From an uncultured delta proteobacterium (GTDB lineage Bacteria; Myxococcota; Myxococcia; Myxococcales; Myxococcaceae), in assembly GCA_963796055.1 (NCBI GenBank), contig CAWCKH010000004.1, forward strand, positions 1,376,001-1,440,000: a stretch of DNA of 64,000 bases. The letters are read 5' to 3'. Shown here piece by piece: positions 30,529 to 41,122 of this stretch. How positions within the stretch are numbered: position 1 is the first letter of the stretch; each line of letters opens with the position of its first letter. The notes beneath the pieces were generated by a model. That model made no database searches and was not told the origin of the DNA. It saw only the letters and a program-made list of their open reading frames with translations. The translations under genes were made by a program, and so were the position numbers.

Positions 30529-31805
30529 GCGTGGTGGCCGACCGGGTGCAGCGGGCGATCGACGCCGGTGGGCGCCTGGCGCGGGCGCCGGCCCAGGCCC
30601 GCACGACGGCGCTCGAGCGTCTGGCCGAGGCACTGGTGGACCCCGGCCCCCGGGCGCGCGTCCTCGAGGCGAACGGGCGCGACCTCGCCGCGGCCGCGGG
30701 GCTCGCCTCGCCGTTGCTCAAGCGGCTGAAGCTCGACACTTCGAAGCTGCAGACGCTGGCCGACGGGGCCCGTCAGCTGGCCGCGCGGGCGGATCCGCTG
30801 GGGACGGTGCTCGCCCACCGGAAGCTCGACGAGGGACTGGTGCTGACGCAGGAGAGATGTCCGCTCGGGGTCCTGGCGGTGGTCTTCGAGTCGCGTCCCG
30901 ATGCGCTGGTGCAGATCGCTTCCCTGGCCCTGCGCTCCGGCAACGCCGTCTTGCTCAAGGGCGGACGCGAGGCCGCCGCGTCGAACCGCGCGCTGGCCGA
31001 CATGGTGCGTGGGGCGCTGGAGCGGGCCGGGCTGCCCCCCGACGCGGTGCAGCTGCTCGACGACCGGGCCGAGGTGGAGGCGCTGCTCGGGCTGGAGAAG
31101 GGCGTGGACCTGGTGGTCGCTCGCGGGGGGAAGGAGTTCGTGGAACAGGTGCGTGCCCGGAGCCGGATCCCGGTGCTCGCCCACGCCGAGGGTGTGTGCC
31201 ACGTCTTCCTGCATCACTCCGCGGACCCGGGAAAGGCCGCGGGCATCGTCGTCGACAGCAAGTGCAGCTACCCGGCGGCGTGCAATGCGCTGGAGACCCT
31301 GCTCTGGGAGCCCGGGGCGGAGGCGGCGCTGGACGCGAGCGTTGCAGCGCTGCGGTCAGGGGGCGTCGAGCTCCGGGGCGATGCACCCACCCGCGCCCGG
31401 CATCCGGAGATGAAGGCCGCAACCGAGGCCGACTGGGAGGCCGAGTACGGGGCGCTGATCCTCGCCATCGCCCGGGTCTCCGACCTGGACGCCGCGCTGG
31501 CGCACATCGCGCGGCACGGGTCGCAGCACACCGAGGCGATCGTCGCCGAGGACCACGCGGCCGCCGAGCGCTTCCTCGCCGAGGTGGACGCCGCCTGCGT
31601 GTTCCACGACGCGAGCACCCGCTTCGCGGACGGCTACCGCTTCGGTCTCGGGGGAGAGGTGGGCATCGGAACCGGCAAGCTGCATGCCCGCGGGCCGGTG
31701 GGCGTCGATGGGCTCCTCACCTTCCGCTGGCTGCTCCGGGGCTCGGGGCAGGTGAGCGCCGACTACGGCCCCGGGAAGAAGCCGTTCCGCCACGAGGATC
31801 TCTGA
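30525..31805 (+). CDS. proA: Gamma-glutamyl phosphate reductase
   Basis: PLGVLAVVFESRP, LKGGREA, ACNALETLL, HGSQHTEAI, STRFADG, KLHARGPVG. Confidence 0.96.
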   Translation: MSVVADRVQRAIDAGGRLARAPAQARTTALERLAEALVDPGPRARVLEANGRDLAAAAGLASPLLKRLKLDTSKLQTLADGARQLAARADPLGTVLAHRKLDEGLVLTQERCPLGVLAVVFESRPDALVQIASLALRSGNAVLLKGGREAAASNRALADMVRGALERAGLPPDAVQLLDDRAEVEALLGLEKGVDLVVARGGKEFVEQVRARSRIPVLAHAEGVCHVFLHHSADPGKAAGIVVDSKCSYPAACNALETLLWEPGAEAALDASVAALRSGGVELRGDAPTRARHPEMKAATEADWEAEYGALILAIARVSDLDAALAHIARHGSQHTEAIVAEDHAAAERFLAEVDAACVFHDASTRFADGYRFGLGGEVGIGTGKLHARGPVGVDGLLTFRWLLRGSGQVSADYGPGKKPFRHEDL

Positions 31806-31984
31806 GCGGGCGCGCACCGCCCGCCGGTCGAGGAAGAACGTCGGGACCTCGAAGGCCACCACCCGTCCGTCCTCGTCCCGGATGTCCTGGACCGTCATCG
31901 AACGCCTCGGACACGGAGGCGGGATGTTCACGGCAGCCGCGCTCGGCCCTCGCGCCGCCCCCGCCTCGCCCCCCCAAAAAAAGA

Positions 31985-32039
31985 GTTTGCTTCCTGCATG
32001 CAAACAGTTCCCGGAACTACTTGCATGCTGCAAGCAAAC
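31985..32039. repeat. 55-bp imperfect inverted repeat
   Basis: GTTTGCTTCCTGCATGCAAAC, then AGTTCC-C-GGAACT, then ACTTGCATGCTGCAAGCAAAC; the arms are complementary at 17 of 21 positions. Confidence 0.8.
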
Positions 32040-32344
32040 ATCTGCGATTTGAGCCCGGCGGGGCCGGACCGTCCCATCAGGTTTCGCATCTGCCATCCGC
32101 GAAACACACGCGCCAGCCTGCCACGCCGCGGGCCGAGGCCAGGGTGATGCGAGCACCCACCCAGCATCCGCCGTCCTGGACTCCCAGCTCCTGGCACTTG
32201 TGGACGGTCCGTTCGCTCAGCGCCGGAACTGCGCCGGCGTCTTCAGTGCAAAAGGCACGGGCGTCGGCCCTGACTGCAGCTGCCCCTCGAGCGCGATCGG
32301 CACGCTCCCGCCCTCCATGATGGCCTGCGCGGCGGTGAATGCGC

Positions 32345-32523
32345 CCGAGAAGGGGAATGGTCACCGGCAGCTCGACGGTCGCGTGGTCAATCGCCACATT
32401 CGTCAGCCGGGGGGGCCTGCCCGAGGTCCGCGAACTGGAACGTCGCCGGCAAGGTGACGTCCGCGCTGCCCTCAGGGCCAGGGCCGCGAGGACGAGCAGC
32501 AGGCGAGCGGGAGTCCGGGTCAT
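32345..32523 (-). pseudogene. Decayed fragment, possibly of a LEA_2-type exported protein
   Basis: Signal-like MTRTPARLLLVLAALAL followed by fragments in different frames (GSADVTLPATFQFADL; PRLTNVAIDHATVELPVTI). Confidence 0.35.
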
Positions 32524-32603
32524 GAAGCGTCATCACGCCTCCAACCCCCCATGGACACGACGGGAATGGTCGAGGACTGGACGCGGCCTGGGGCCGGCTG
32601 CTA

Positions 32604-32619
32604 CCTACCAGTCGGTAGG
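32604..32619. promoter_or_regulatory. TetR operator (AibR-type box)
   Basis: CCTACC-AGTC-GGTAGG inverted repeat 50 nt upstream of the TetR gene. Confidence 0.75.
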
Positions 32620-32668
32620 AGACTTCCGAGCCGCCCCGACCCCCGAGTGGTAACCTCGATGCACCCCC

Positions 32669-33262
32669 GTGAGACGCACCGACGACACCACCGCAAAGCA
32701 CCGGGCCATCCTCGAGACCGCCGCGCGGCTCATCTGCAAGCAGGGCTACGAGGGCACCAGCATCCAGGAGATCGCCGATGCCTGCGGCCTCACCAAGGCG
32801 GGGCTCTACCACCACATCGAGAGCAAGGAGCAGCTGCTCGTCGAGATCATGAACTACGGGATGGACGTGTTCGAGGAGCGCGTCCTCTCCGAGGTGGAGC
32901 ACATCCCGGACCCGGTGGAGCGCCTCAAGGCCTGCATGGCCAGGAACATCAAGCTCGTCACCCGTGGCTGGAGCAAGGAAGTCACCATCATCCTCCACGA
33001 GCACGACACGCTCACCGGAAAAGCGCAGGCGCAGATCAACGCCCGCAAGAAGCGCTACGTCCGGTTTCTCGAGTCGTCCTTCGCCGAGGCGGTGGAGCGG
33101 CAGATGATCCGCCCGGTGGATCCGACCGTCGCCGCGTTCGCGTTCCTGGGGATGGTCCTCTGGATCTACAAGTGGTTCAAGCCGGGCGGGAAGCGCACCG
33201 ACGACGAGATCGCAGCGGGCATGGTGGATCTGCTCTTCACCGGCCTCGTGCCGCGCTCCTGA
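32669..33262 (+). CDS. aibR: TetR-family regulator, AibR-like (isovaleryl-CoA responsive)
   Basis: RAILETAARLIC..GYEGTS, LTKAGLYHHI, MNYGMD, VTRGWSKEV, GMVLWIYKWFKP closely resemble M. xanthus AibR as I recall it; linked to mvaS. Confidence 0.8.
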   Translation: MRRTDDTTAKHRAILETAARLICKQGYEGTSIQEIADACGLTKAGLYHHIESKEQLLVEIMNYGMDVFEERVLSEVEHIPDPVERLKACMARNIKLVTRGWSKEVTIILHEHDTLTGKAQAQINARKKRYVRFLESSFAEAVERQMIRPVDPTVAAFAFLGMVLWIYKWFKPGGKRTDDEIAAGMVDLLFTGLVPRS

Positions 33263-33392
33263 GTCCGTTCACCACGTCTCACGGTCCTCCAGCGGTCCCG
33301 CATGCGCGGCGACCGGGACAGGCCGTACGACATCATTCACCCCGGGTGGCCGGCCTGGACCAGGAAGTCAGCCTGAGGGGAGAAGGGTAGAC

Positions 33393-34637
33393 ATGAAGAC
33401 GTCCGTGGGCATCGAGGCTCTTGCCGTGGCGCTGCCTCGTCGCACGCTTCACCTGGAGGACCTGGCGCGCGCCCGCGGAGTGGACCCGGCCAAGTTCATC
33501 GCCGGCCTCGGCGTTCGCGAGATGGCGGTCACCGATCCGGGCGAGGACACCGTCTCCCTGGCCGCCACCGCCGCGCGCCGGTTGCTGGAGAGCAACGACG
33601 TCGACCCGGCGTCGATCGGGATGCTCGCCGTCGGCACCGAGACCGGCGTGGACCACAGCAAGCCGGTGGCCTCCTTCGTCCAGGGTCTGGTCGGTCTGCC
33701 GAGGCAGATGCGGGTGTTCGACGTGCAGCACGCCTGCTACGGCGGCACGGCGGCCTTCATGGCCGCGGCGGAGTGGATCGCCTCGGGCGTCGCCGGCGGC
33801 AAGTCGGCGATCGTCATCTGCTCGGACATCGCCCGCTACGGGGTGAAGACCGCAGGCGAGCCCACCCAGGGCGCAGGCGCGGTGGCCCTCCTGGTCTCGG
33901 CGCATCCCGAGCTGTTCGCCCTCGACCTGGGGGTGGACGGAACGAGCAGCACGCACGTCTTCGACTTCTGGCGTCCGCTCGGCCGCCGTGAGGCGGTGGT
34001 GGACGGGCACTACTCGATCGACTGTTACCTCGAGGCGCTCGCCGGCGCGTACCGCGACTGGCGGACCAAGGCCGAGGCGCGGGAGATCGTCCGCCGCGGA
34101 ACGACCTCGCTGCTCAGCGAGCAGCTCGCGGCCATCGGCTACCACGTGCCGTTCTGCAAGATGGCGAAGAAGGCCCACGCCCGCCTGCGACGTTGCGACC
34201 TGGACGACGTGCTGGGCGCGTTCGACGAGGCACGGGAGGAGCGCGAGGGCGCGGCCAGCTTCGAGCGGCAGGTCGCGGCCTCCCTCACCCTCTGCGCCCG
34301 GGTGGGCAACATCTACACCGGCTCGCTCTACCTCGGGTTCGCCGGGATGCTGCACGGCGGCGCCGCGGAGCTCGCCGGCAAGCGGGTGGGCCTCTTCTCT
34401 TACGGCAGCGGCTGCGCGAGCGAGTTCTTCTCCGGGGTGGTGGGGAAGACCGCTGCCCAGCGCATCGAGCGCGCGAAGCTCCACGAGGTCATCGGGTCGC
34501 GCGAGCGGGTGACTGTCGAGGAGTACGAGCGCCTGATGGCCATCGCCCCGGAGGCGCCGCCGGACATCCCACCGGCTCCGGGCGGCTTCCGCTTCACCGG
34601 CATGAGCCATCACCGCCGCCAGTACGCCGCCGGCTGA
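33393..34637 (+). CDS. mvaS: HMG-CoA synthase
   Basis: VGTETGVDHSK, HACYGGT (catalytic Cys), DIARY, GEPTQGAGA, DFWRP, YHVPF, GNIYTGS, FSYGSG. Confidence 0.95.
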   Translation: MKTSVGIEALAVALPRRTLHLEDLARARGVDPAKFIAGLGVREMAVTDPGEDTVSLAATAARRLLESNDVDPASIGMLAVGTETGVDHSKPVASFVQGLVGLPRQMRVFDVQHACYGGTAAFMAAAEWIASGVAGGKSAIVICSDIARYGVKTAGEPTQGAGAVALLVSAHPELFALDLGVDGTSSTHVFDFWRPLGRREAVVDGHYSIDCYLEALAGAYRDWRTKAEAREIVRRGTTSLLSEQLAAIGYHVPFCKMAKKAHARLRRCDLDDVLGAFDEAREEREGAASFERQVAASLTLCARVGNIYTGSLYLGFAGMLHGGAAELAGKRVGLFSYGSGCASEFFSGVVGKTAAQRIERAKLHEVIGSRERVTVEEYERLMAIAPEAPPDIPPAPGGFRFTGMSHHRRQYAAG

Positions 34638-34809
34638 GGCCCCAGGGGCGCGGAACGCCGGGCGTCACCAGCGAGACCTCGCCCGTCGCTAGCACGTGGG
34701 GTTGGCCCGGAACCGCCGGCCGGGTGCTCGAAGATGGCACACCGGATCCCGATGACGGACGCGCCGTCCCGGCGAGCCGTGGCTCGCTGCAGAGCCGAGG
34801 CGTTTCGCC

Positions 34810-34825
34810 GGGCATGCGTGTTGCT
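34810..34825 (+). promoter_or_regulatory. Possible sigma54 promoter
   Basis: GGGCATGCGTGTTGCT with GG-N10-GC spacing and TTGCT, about 40 nt before ATG 34864. Confidence 0.4.
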
Positions 34826-34863
34826 GAACGCGCTCGCGCGGCCCGCACTCCCGCGAGGGCACC

Positions 34864-36051
34864 ATGCGACGAATCGACGCAGCGACCGGAATCCTTCTTC
34901 CTCTCCTCCTCGTTGCCGCCAGCGCGGCCCGCGCGGACGAGGTGAGACCGTGGGCGCGCCGGAACGTCGCGATCGTGGTCTACGACGACGTGGAGATCCT
35001 CGACTTCGCCGGTCCGATGGAGGTCTTCACCGCTGCCGGCAACGGAGCCTTCCGGGTCTTCACCGTGGCGGCCAGCCACGACCCGGTGGTGAGCATGGGC
35101 GTCCTCACCATCCGTCCGAACCACTCCATCGAGGACAGCCCGACGCCGGACATCCTGGTGCTTCCGGGCGGAGACTCGCGCGGATTCACCCGCAGCGCCG
35201 CCGGAATGGCCTGGGTGCGAAAGGTGGCCGCGCGCAACGAGCTCAACATGTCGGTCTGCAGCGGGGCGTTCATCCTCGCTCAGCTCGGGTTCCTCGACGG
35301 CCGCGCGGCCACCACCCACTGGGCCGCGGTCCCGCGGATGAAGAGCGCCTTCCCCAGGGTGCAGCTGCAGACCGGCGTCCGTTTCGTGGACACCGGCCGC
35401 ATCGTCACCACCGCCGGGGTCTCCGCGGGCATCGATGGGGCCCTGCACGTGGTGCAGCGGCTCCTCGGCGACGACGTCGCCTGGGAGACCGCCCGGTACA
35501 TGCAGTACCTCTGGGAGCCGGAGGAGTCGGCGAAGCTGCCCCGCTCGGCCAAGGAAGCCCTGCGGGCCCTGGTCTTCCAGGAAACCGCCCTCGCCAACCG
35601 GCTGCTCATCGCCGCCGTGGCCGCCAGCCCGAAGGATCCGCTCCTGGCCTCCCGCCTCGGGCGAGCGCAGCTCCTCGCCGGCCGCTCGAAGGAAGGCCTG
35701 GCCACCCTGGAGAAGGCGGTCGGGCTCGGGGATGGCTCGCCGCTCACCTTGTCCGCACTGGCCGATGCGCAGCTCGCGGTCGATGCACCGGGTGCTGCCG
35801 CCGCCACCTTCGAGAAGCTGGTCGCCGTCCGAGGTGCGCCGGAAGACGCCTACGGACTGGCCTGCGCCCGGGCCCGGCTGGGTCAGCGAGAGCAGGCGCT
35901 CGCGGCGCTGGAGCGGGCGGTCCAGCTCGGTCTGGCTCCGCGCCTCGTCGAGAACGCCCGGGCGGACGCCAATCTCTCATCGCTTCGCGACGACGTGCGA
36001 TTCGCGCAGATCATCGCCCGGAGCAAGACGACGACCCGTCCGAGGCACTGA
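34864..36051 (+). CDS. Exported DJ-1/PfpI-family protein fused to TPR repeats
   Basis: Signal peptide; VEILDFAGPMEVF, LVLPGG, SVCSGA, ATTHW, TTAGVSAGID; C-terminal TPRs (AYGLACARARLG). Confidence 0.85.
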   Translation: MRRIDAATGILLPLLLVAASAARADEVRPWARRNVAIVVYDDVEILDFAGPMEVFTAAGNGAFRVFTVAASHDPVVSMGVLTIRPNHSIEDSPTPDILVLPGGDSRGFTRSAAGMAWVRKVAARNELNMSVCSGAFILAQLGFLDGRAATTHWAAVPRMKSAFPRVQLQTGVRFVDTGRIVTTAGVSAGIDGALHVVQRLLGDDVAWETARYMQYLWEPEESAKLPRSAKEALRALVFQETALANRLLIAAVAASPKDPLLASRLGRAQLLAGRSKEGLATLEKAVGLGDGSPLTLSALADAQLAVDAPGAAAATFEKLVAVRGAPEDAYGLACARARLGQREQALAALERAVQLGLAPRLVENARADANLSSLRDDVRFAQIIARSKTTTRPRH

Positions 36052-36112
36052 GGACCCGACGTACCCCAGGTCCCGGTCCCAGCCGACCATCGAGGCAGGG
36101 CTCGAGATTCGC

Positions 36113-36364
36113 TCAGCGGTGACCGACCGGCATGGTCGCCCGGGCCCCACCGAGCTGGACCAGGAGACGGATGGCGATGACCGCCGCCGCGACCCCGAGC
36201 GCCGACCAGCTCGGCGAGGCGGACAGGCCCAGGATGCTCGCCCCGGTCCAGAACTCCAGCGCAAGCCGCATCGCCGGGTACCAGCCGTGCACCGGTGCCG
36301 CCAGCAGCGACAGGAGGCCCGCCGCGGTCACCGCCAGTGCCGCCGCGCCGAGGACGTCGCTCAT
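36113..36364 (-). CDS. Small membrane protein (DUF1622-like partner)
   Basis: Three hydrophobic stretches; overlaps the upstream DUF1622 gene. Confidence 0.6.
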   Translation of the reverse strand: MSDVLGAAALAVTAAGLLSLLAAPVHGWYPAMRLALEFWTGASILGLSASPSWSALGVAAAVIAIRLLVQLGGARATMPVGHR

Positions 36365-36729
36365 CCGGAGCTCTCCGGTGATCCAGCCCGCGCACGCTGC
36401 TCGTGCAGCTCGCGCGTGAGAAAGAAGTTCAGCCCGGTCCGGATGGCCGCCACCGCTGCCAGCTTGCCAATCTCCTCGAAGGTCGGCGCCACCGCCGTCC
36501 GGAGCAGGTCCGAGGCGAGCTGGAACTCGAGCCCCAGCGCCAGGAAGCGTCCCAGCCGCAGGCGCACCGCGGTGAAGGCGTCCGGCTCAGGATGGAAGGC
36601 CGTCCGCAGGAACTGAAGGAACCCGAGCACCACCCCCGAGAAGATGACCAGCGCCGCTCCGGCCTCCGCCAGACGCACCAGGAGACCGACCGCCTCGCGC
36701 AGCCACTCCTCCGGGAGGAAGTGAGACAC
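36361..36729 (-). CDS. DUF1622 membrane protein
   Basis: RLRLGRFLALGLEFQLASDLLRTAVAPT...IRTGLNFFL. Confidence 0.85.
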   Translation of the reverse strand: MSHFLPEEWLREAVGLLVRLAEAGAALVIFSGVVLGFLQFLRTAFHPEPDAFTAVRLRLGRFLALGLEFQLASDLLRTAVAPTFEEIGKLAAVAAIRTGLNFFLTRELHEQRARAGSPESSG

Positions 36730-36743
36730 GCCCCTGTCGGCCG

Positions 36744-37244
36744 TCAGCCCTTTCGCCCGAAGAGACCGGTCAGCGTGCCGTGGGCGAGCACATGGCCGCG
36801 GATCATGAAGCGGAACTTCGCGTACGTCGTCTTCTCGTCGGCGCCCTCGAGCCGCGGCACGTCGAGCGCGAAAACCGTGAACTGGTAGCGGTGTGGCGGA
36901 TCGCCCGGGGGCGGCGCCATCCCTCCGTACGCGCTCTCGCCGTAGTCGGTGAAGCCGAGCACCGCTCCCCTGGGCGTCTTGCCCGGTGCGCCGGCACCTG
37001 CCGGCAGGCTCCGGAGCTCGGGCGGGAGGTTGAACATCACCCAGTGGGAGTAGCCCACGGTGGTCGGCGCGTCCGGGTCGTAGCAGGTGACGGCGATGCT
37101 CTTCGTCCCGGTAGGCGGCGCGTCCCACGCCAGGTCCGGGCTGCTGTTTTGCCCGCCGGCACCGGTGTGCGCGGCGCTCAGCGGGATGGGCTTGCCTTCC
37201 TGGACGACCTGGCTGTTGACCTTCAAGGGAGCGGGATTGGCCAT
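36744..37244 (-). CDS. YbhB/YbcL (PEBP/RKIP) family protein
   Basis: NSSPDLAW, YDPDAP, HWV, YGGMAPPPG, HRYQFTVFALD. Confidence 0.92.
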   Translation of the reverse strand: MANPAPLKVNSQVVQEGKPIPLSAAHTGAGGQNSSPDLAWDAPPTGTKSIAVTCYDPDAPTTVGYSHWVMFNLPPELRSLPAGAGAPGKTPRGAVLGFTDYGESAYGGMAPPPGDPPHRYQFTVFALDVPRLEGADEKTTYAKFRFMIRGHVLAHGTLTGLFGRKG

Positions 37245-37370
37245 GACGGACTCCTCCTCGCCGCCCAGGGTGTGCAGTGACGGCGTGATGCGCACGCCCC
37301 TCCGGCCGGTGCCCGCCCTGGCGCTGTGCAGCGGAGGTGGCCGTGCCACACTACGCTCCCCGACCGCCGC

Positions 37371-38465
37371 ATGCTCGTCCTCTCTCCTGCGCCGCCCGAG
37401 GTCCCCGGTCCGGACGGAGTTCCGCCCTTCGGCGCCTACGCCGGCGAGCTGGGACCGGTGGACCTGGGCCGGCTCGCGCCCCCCCACGCATTTCCGGCCT
37501 GGGCGCGGCGGGTCCGCCGCAAGCGCTGGCACTACGCGCTCTACACCACCCCCGAGGTGGTGGCGGTCATGGCCATCGCCGAGATGGGCTACGCCTCCAA
37601 CGCCTTCTTCGCCGCCCTGGACCTTCGGGAGAAGCAGCCGCTGGTCGACGTCACGCTCCTCGGCCCGCCGGCCCCGCTGAGCACCGTCTCCGACGCCATG
37701 AGCCGTGGCCTCTCGGCCGGCTTTCGCGTCCCCGGGGCCCGGTTCCGGTTCTCGCGCCCGGCGGATTCGGATCGGTACCACCACTCGGTGGAGATCTCCG
37801 CGCTCCGCCGGCCGAGGAGCGGACGGGTGAAGTTCGAGGGCGAGGCGCTGGTGAGCGGCGCTCCCCCACCGCTGGCCCTGGTGGCCCCGGTACCCGGCGG
37901 CGGCGCGACGGAGGGCGTGCTGACCTCGCGGTTGCCCCGCGACGGGGTGAACGTCACCCAGAAGTCGGTCGGGCTGCTCGCGTCCGGACGGCTCGAGGTA
38001 GGCCGCCGGCGGTACGCGCTCGACGGCGGAGTGGTGGGCCTCGACTCGACGCACGGCTTTCTCGCTCGGCACACCCGCTGGCGCTGGGCGATGGGCTGCG
38101 GGCGTCTGGACGACGGTACTCCGCTCGGGTTCAACCTGGTGGAGGGCTTCAACGCCGTGGCCGCCGGCGCCGCCGGCGAGAACGTGCTCTTCCTCGGCGA
38201 CCAGCTCGAGCCGGTGGGGCCGGCGACGTTCCGCTTCAACTCGGCCGACCCGCTCGATCTCTGGCAGGTCTCGACCGACGAAGGCTCGGTGCAGCTGACG
38301 TTCCGCCCGCTCCACGCCCACCGCGACGTGCGCGATCTCCTCGTTCTGAGGAGCCGCTTCCTCCAGCCGCTCGGGTTCTTCACCGGAAGGTTGCGTTTCC
38401 GCGGCCGAGAGCTGACCCTGGGCGAGCTGCCGGGCGTCACCGAAGATCAGGACATGCTCTGGTGA
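37371..38465 (+). CDS. DUF2804-like hypothetical protein
   Basis: KRWHY, GYASNAF, LDSTHGFLARHTRWRWA, GFNL, GVTEDQ. Confidence 0.7.
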   Translation: MLVLSPAPPEVPGPDGVPPFGAYAGELGPVDLGRLAPPHAFPAWARRVRRKRWHYALYTTPEVVAVMAIAEMGYASNAFFAALDLREKQPLVDVTLLGPPAPLSTVSDAMSRGLSAGFRVPGARFRFSRPADSDRYHHSVEISALRRPRSGRVKFEGEALVSGAPPPLALVAPVPGGGATEGVLTSRLPRDGVNVTQKSVGLLASGRLEVGRRRYALDGGVVGLDSTHGFLARHTRWRWAMGCGRLDDGTPLGFNLVEGFNAVAAGAAGENVLFLGDQLEPVGPATFRFNSADPLDLWQVSTDEGSVQLTFRPLHAHRDVRDLLVLRSRFLQPLGFFTGRLRFRGRELTLGELPGVTEDQDMLW

Positions 38466-38496
38466 CCCGGACGCGCGCCCCGGAAGCCCGAGAGGC

Positions 38497-39564
<1,068 letters not shown>

Positions 39565-39760
39565 TCAGCTGGGAGAGGGGAACGACTTCCGGGCGCGGAC
39601 AGCGATGTGGTTCGTCTCTCCCGCCGGATGTCTCCAGGGTGAAGAACGTAGCATTTCCTGGCGCTTCACCGGAATGGGCATGTGTCGTTTGCTTGCTCGC
39701 TGATTCCCGGGCCGGCGCCCTCTTCCGTCGGGCCGGGAGAGCGGGCTAGAGCCCTCTCCC

Positions 39761-41122
39761 GTGCGACCCCGAGCCGCCGTCACCGCGATCCTCGTCCTCC
39801 TCGGCGCCACAAGCGCCCTTGCCGCCGCCGAGCCGAGCATCCCCTTCCAGGAATTCACCCTCTCCAACGGGCTCCGAGTCTTCCTCAGCGAGGATCACCG
39901 GGCTCCACAGGTCACCGTGAACGTCTGGTACCACGTGGGTGCTGCCAATCAGGAACCGGGAAAGAGCGGATTCGCCCACCTGTTCGAGCACATGATGTTC
40001 TCCGGTAGCCTGCACGTGCCGGACCCGGACAAGGTGCTCGCCGCCATCGGCGCTGGTCTCGGCGGCGCGGCCAATGGAAGCACCGACTTCAACCGGACCA
40101 ACTACTTCGAGACCGTTCCTGCCAGCCAGTTGCCCACCGCGCTGTGGATCGAGTCGGACCGGATGGGGTTCCTGTTGCCCACCCTGGACCAGAAGAAGCT
40201 CGCAACCCAGCGCGACGTGGTGAGCAACGAGCGGCGCCAGCGGATCGAGAACCAGCCCTACGGCCTCGCCTACCAGGAACTCTGTGACACGCTCTACCCC
40301 AAGCCGCATCCCTACTACCACTGCGTCATCGGGAGCATCGAGGACATCCAGGCGGCGAGCCTGGAGGACATCAAGGCCTTCTTCCGCCAGTTCTACACCC
40401 CGCGGAACGCCACCCTGGCCATCGTGGGCGACTTCGACCCGAAGGTCGCGCGGGAGCTGGTGAGCAAGTACTTCGGCGACATCCCCGGGGGACCCGACCC
40501 GAGGCGGCCCGACGTCGCGCAGCCGCGGCTGGACCGGGTGGTGGAGAAGACCGTGCCCGACCCGGTGGCCCGCATCCCCCAGCTGCAGATGGTGTGGAAC
40601 GGGGTGAAACCCTTCGCGCCCGAGGAGGCGGCGGGGGACATCCTCTCGGTGGTGCTCGGGGGCAGCAAGACCTCGCGCCTGTACCGGAGGCTGGTGGAGG
40701 AGAAGCAGCTCGCCACCGGGGTGTATGCGGCCAACGCCAGCCTCGGTCTGGGGGGGTACTTCCAGATCGTCGCCACCGCCCGCGAGGGCCACACCGTGGC
40801 CGAACTCCGGCGCGAGGTGGAGGCCGTCCTCGACGAGTTCCGGAAGACCGGCGCCACCGCCGCGGAGGTCGAGCGGGCCAAGCGCCTCACCGTGGGGGGG
40901 ATGGTCCGGTCCGTCGAGCGCGTCGCCGGAAAGGCCGACCAGCTCAATGCCTACGCCTTCTGGACCGGCGATCCCGGCTTTCTGCCCAAGGACGTGGCCC
41001 GCTACCGGGCGGTCACACCCGCCCAGGTGCTGGAGGCGGCCCGGACGCTGCTTCCCGCCGACCGGGTGCTGGTCCTGGACGTCGAACCCGCCTCGCCGGC
41101 GGCCCCGGGAGCCAGGCCATGA
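39761..41122 (+). CDS. M16 zinc protease, catalytic subunit
   Basis: Signal peptide; GFAHLFEHMMF (HxxEH), NGST, RTNYFE, LWIESDRM. Confidence 0.93.
   Translation: MRPRAAVTAILVLLGATSALAAAEPSIPFQEFTLSNGLRVFLSEDHRAPQVTVNVWYHVGAANQEPGKSGFAHLFEHMMFSGSLHVPDPDKVLAAIGAGLGGAANGSTDFNRTNYFETVPASQLPTALWIESDRMGFLLPTLDQKKLATQRDVVSNERRQRIENQPYGLAYQELCDTLYPKPHPYYHCVIGSIEDIQAASLEDIKAFFRQFYTPRNATLAIVGDFDPKVARELVSKYFGDIPGGPDPRRPDVAQPRLDRVVEKTVPDPVARIPQLQMVWNGVKPFAPEEAAGDILSVVLGGSKTSRLYRRLVEEKQLATGVYAANASLGLGGYFQIVATAREGHTVAELRREVEAVLDEFRKTGATAAEVERAKRLTVGGMVRSVERVAGKADQLNAYAFWTGDPGFLPKDVARYRAVTPAQVLEAARTLLPADRVLVLDVEPASPAAPGARP

Noticed and set aside
37334..37349. TGGCAC on the minus strand as a sigma54 promoter (similar hits near 27265, 34735, 59443)
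   Set aside because: There is no GC at the -12 position with correct spacing.
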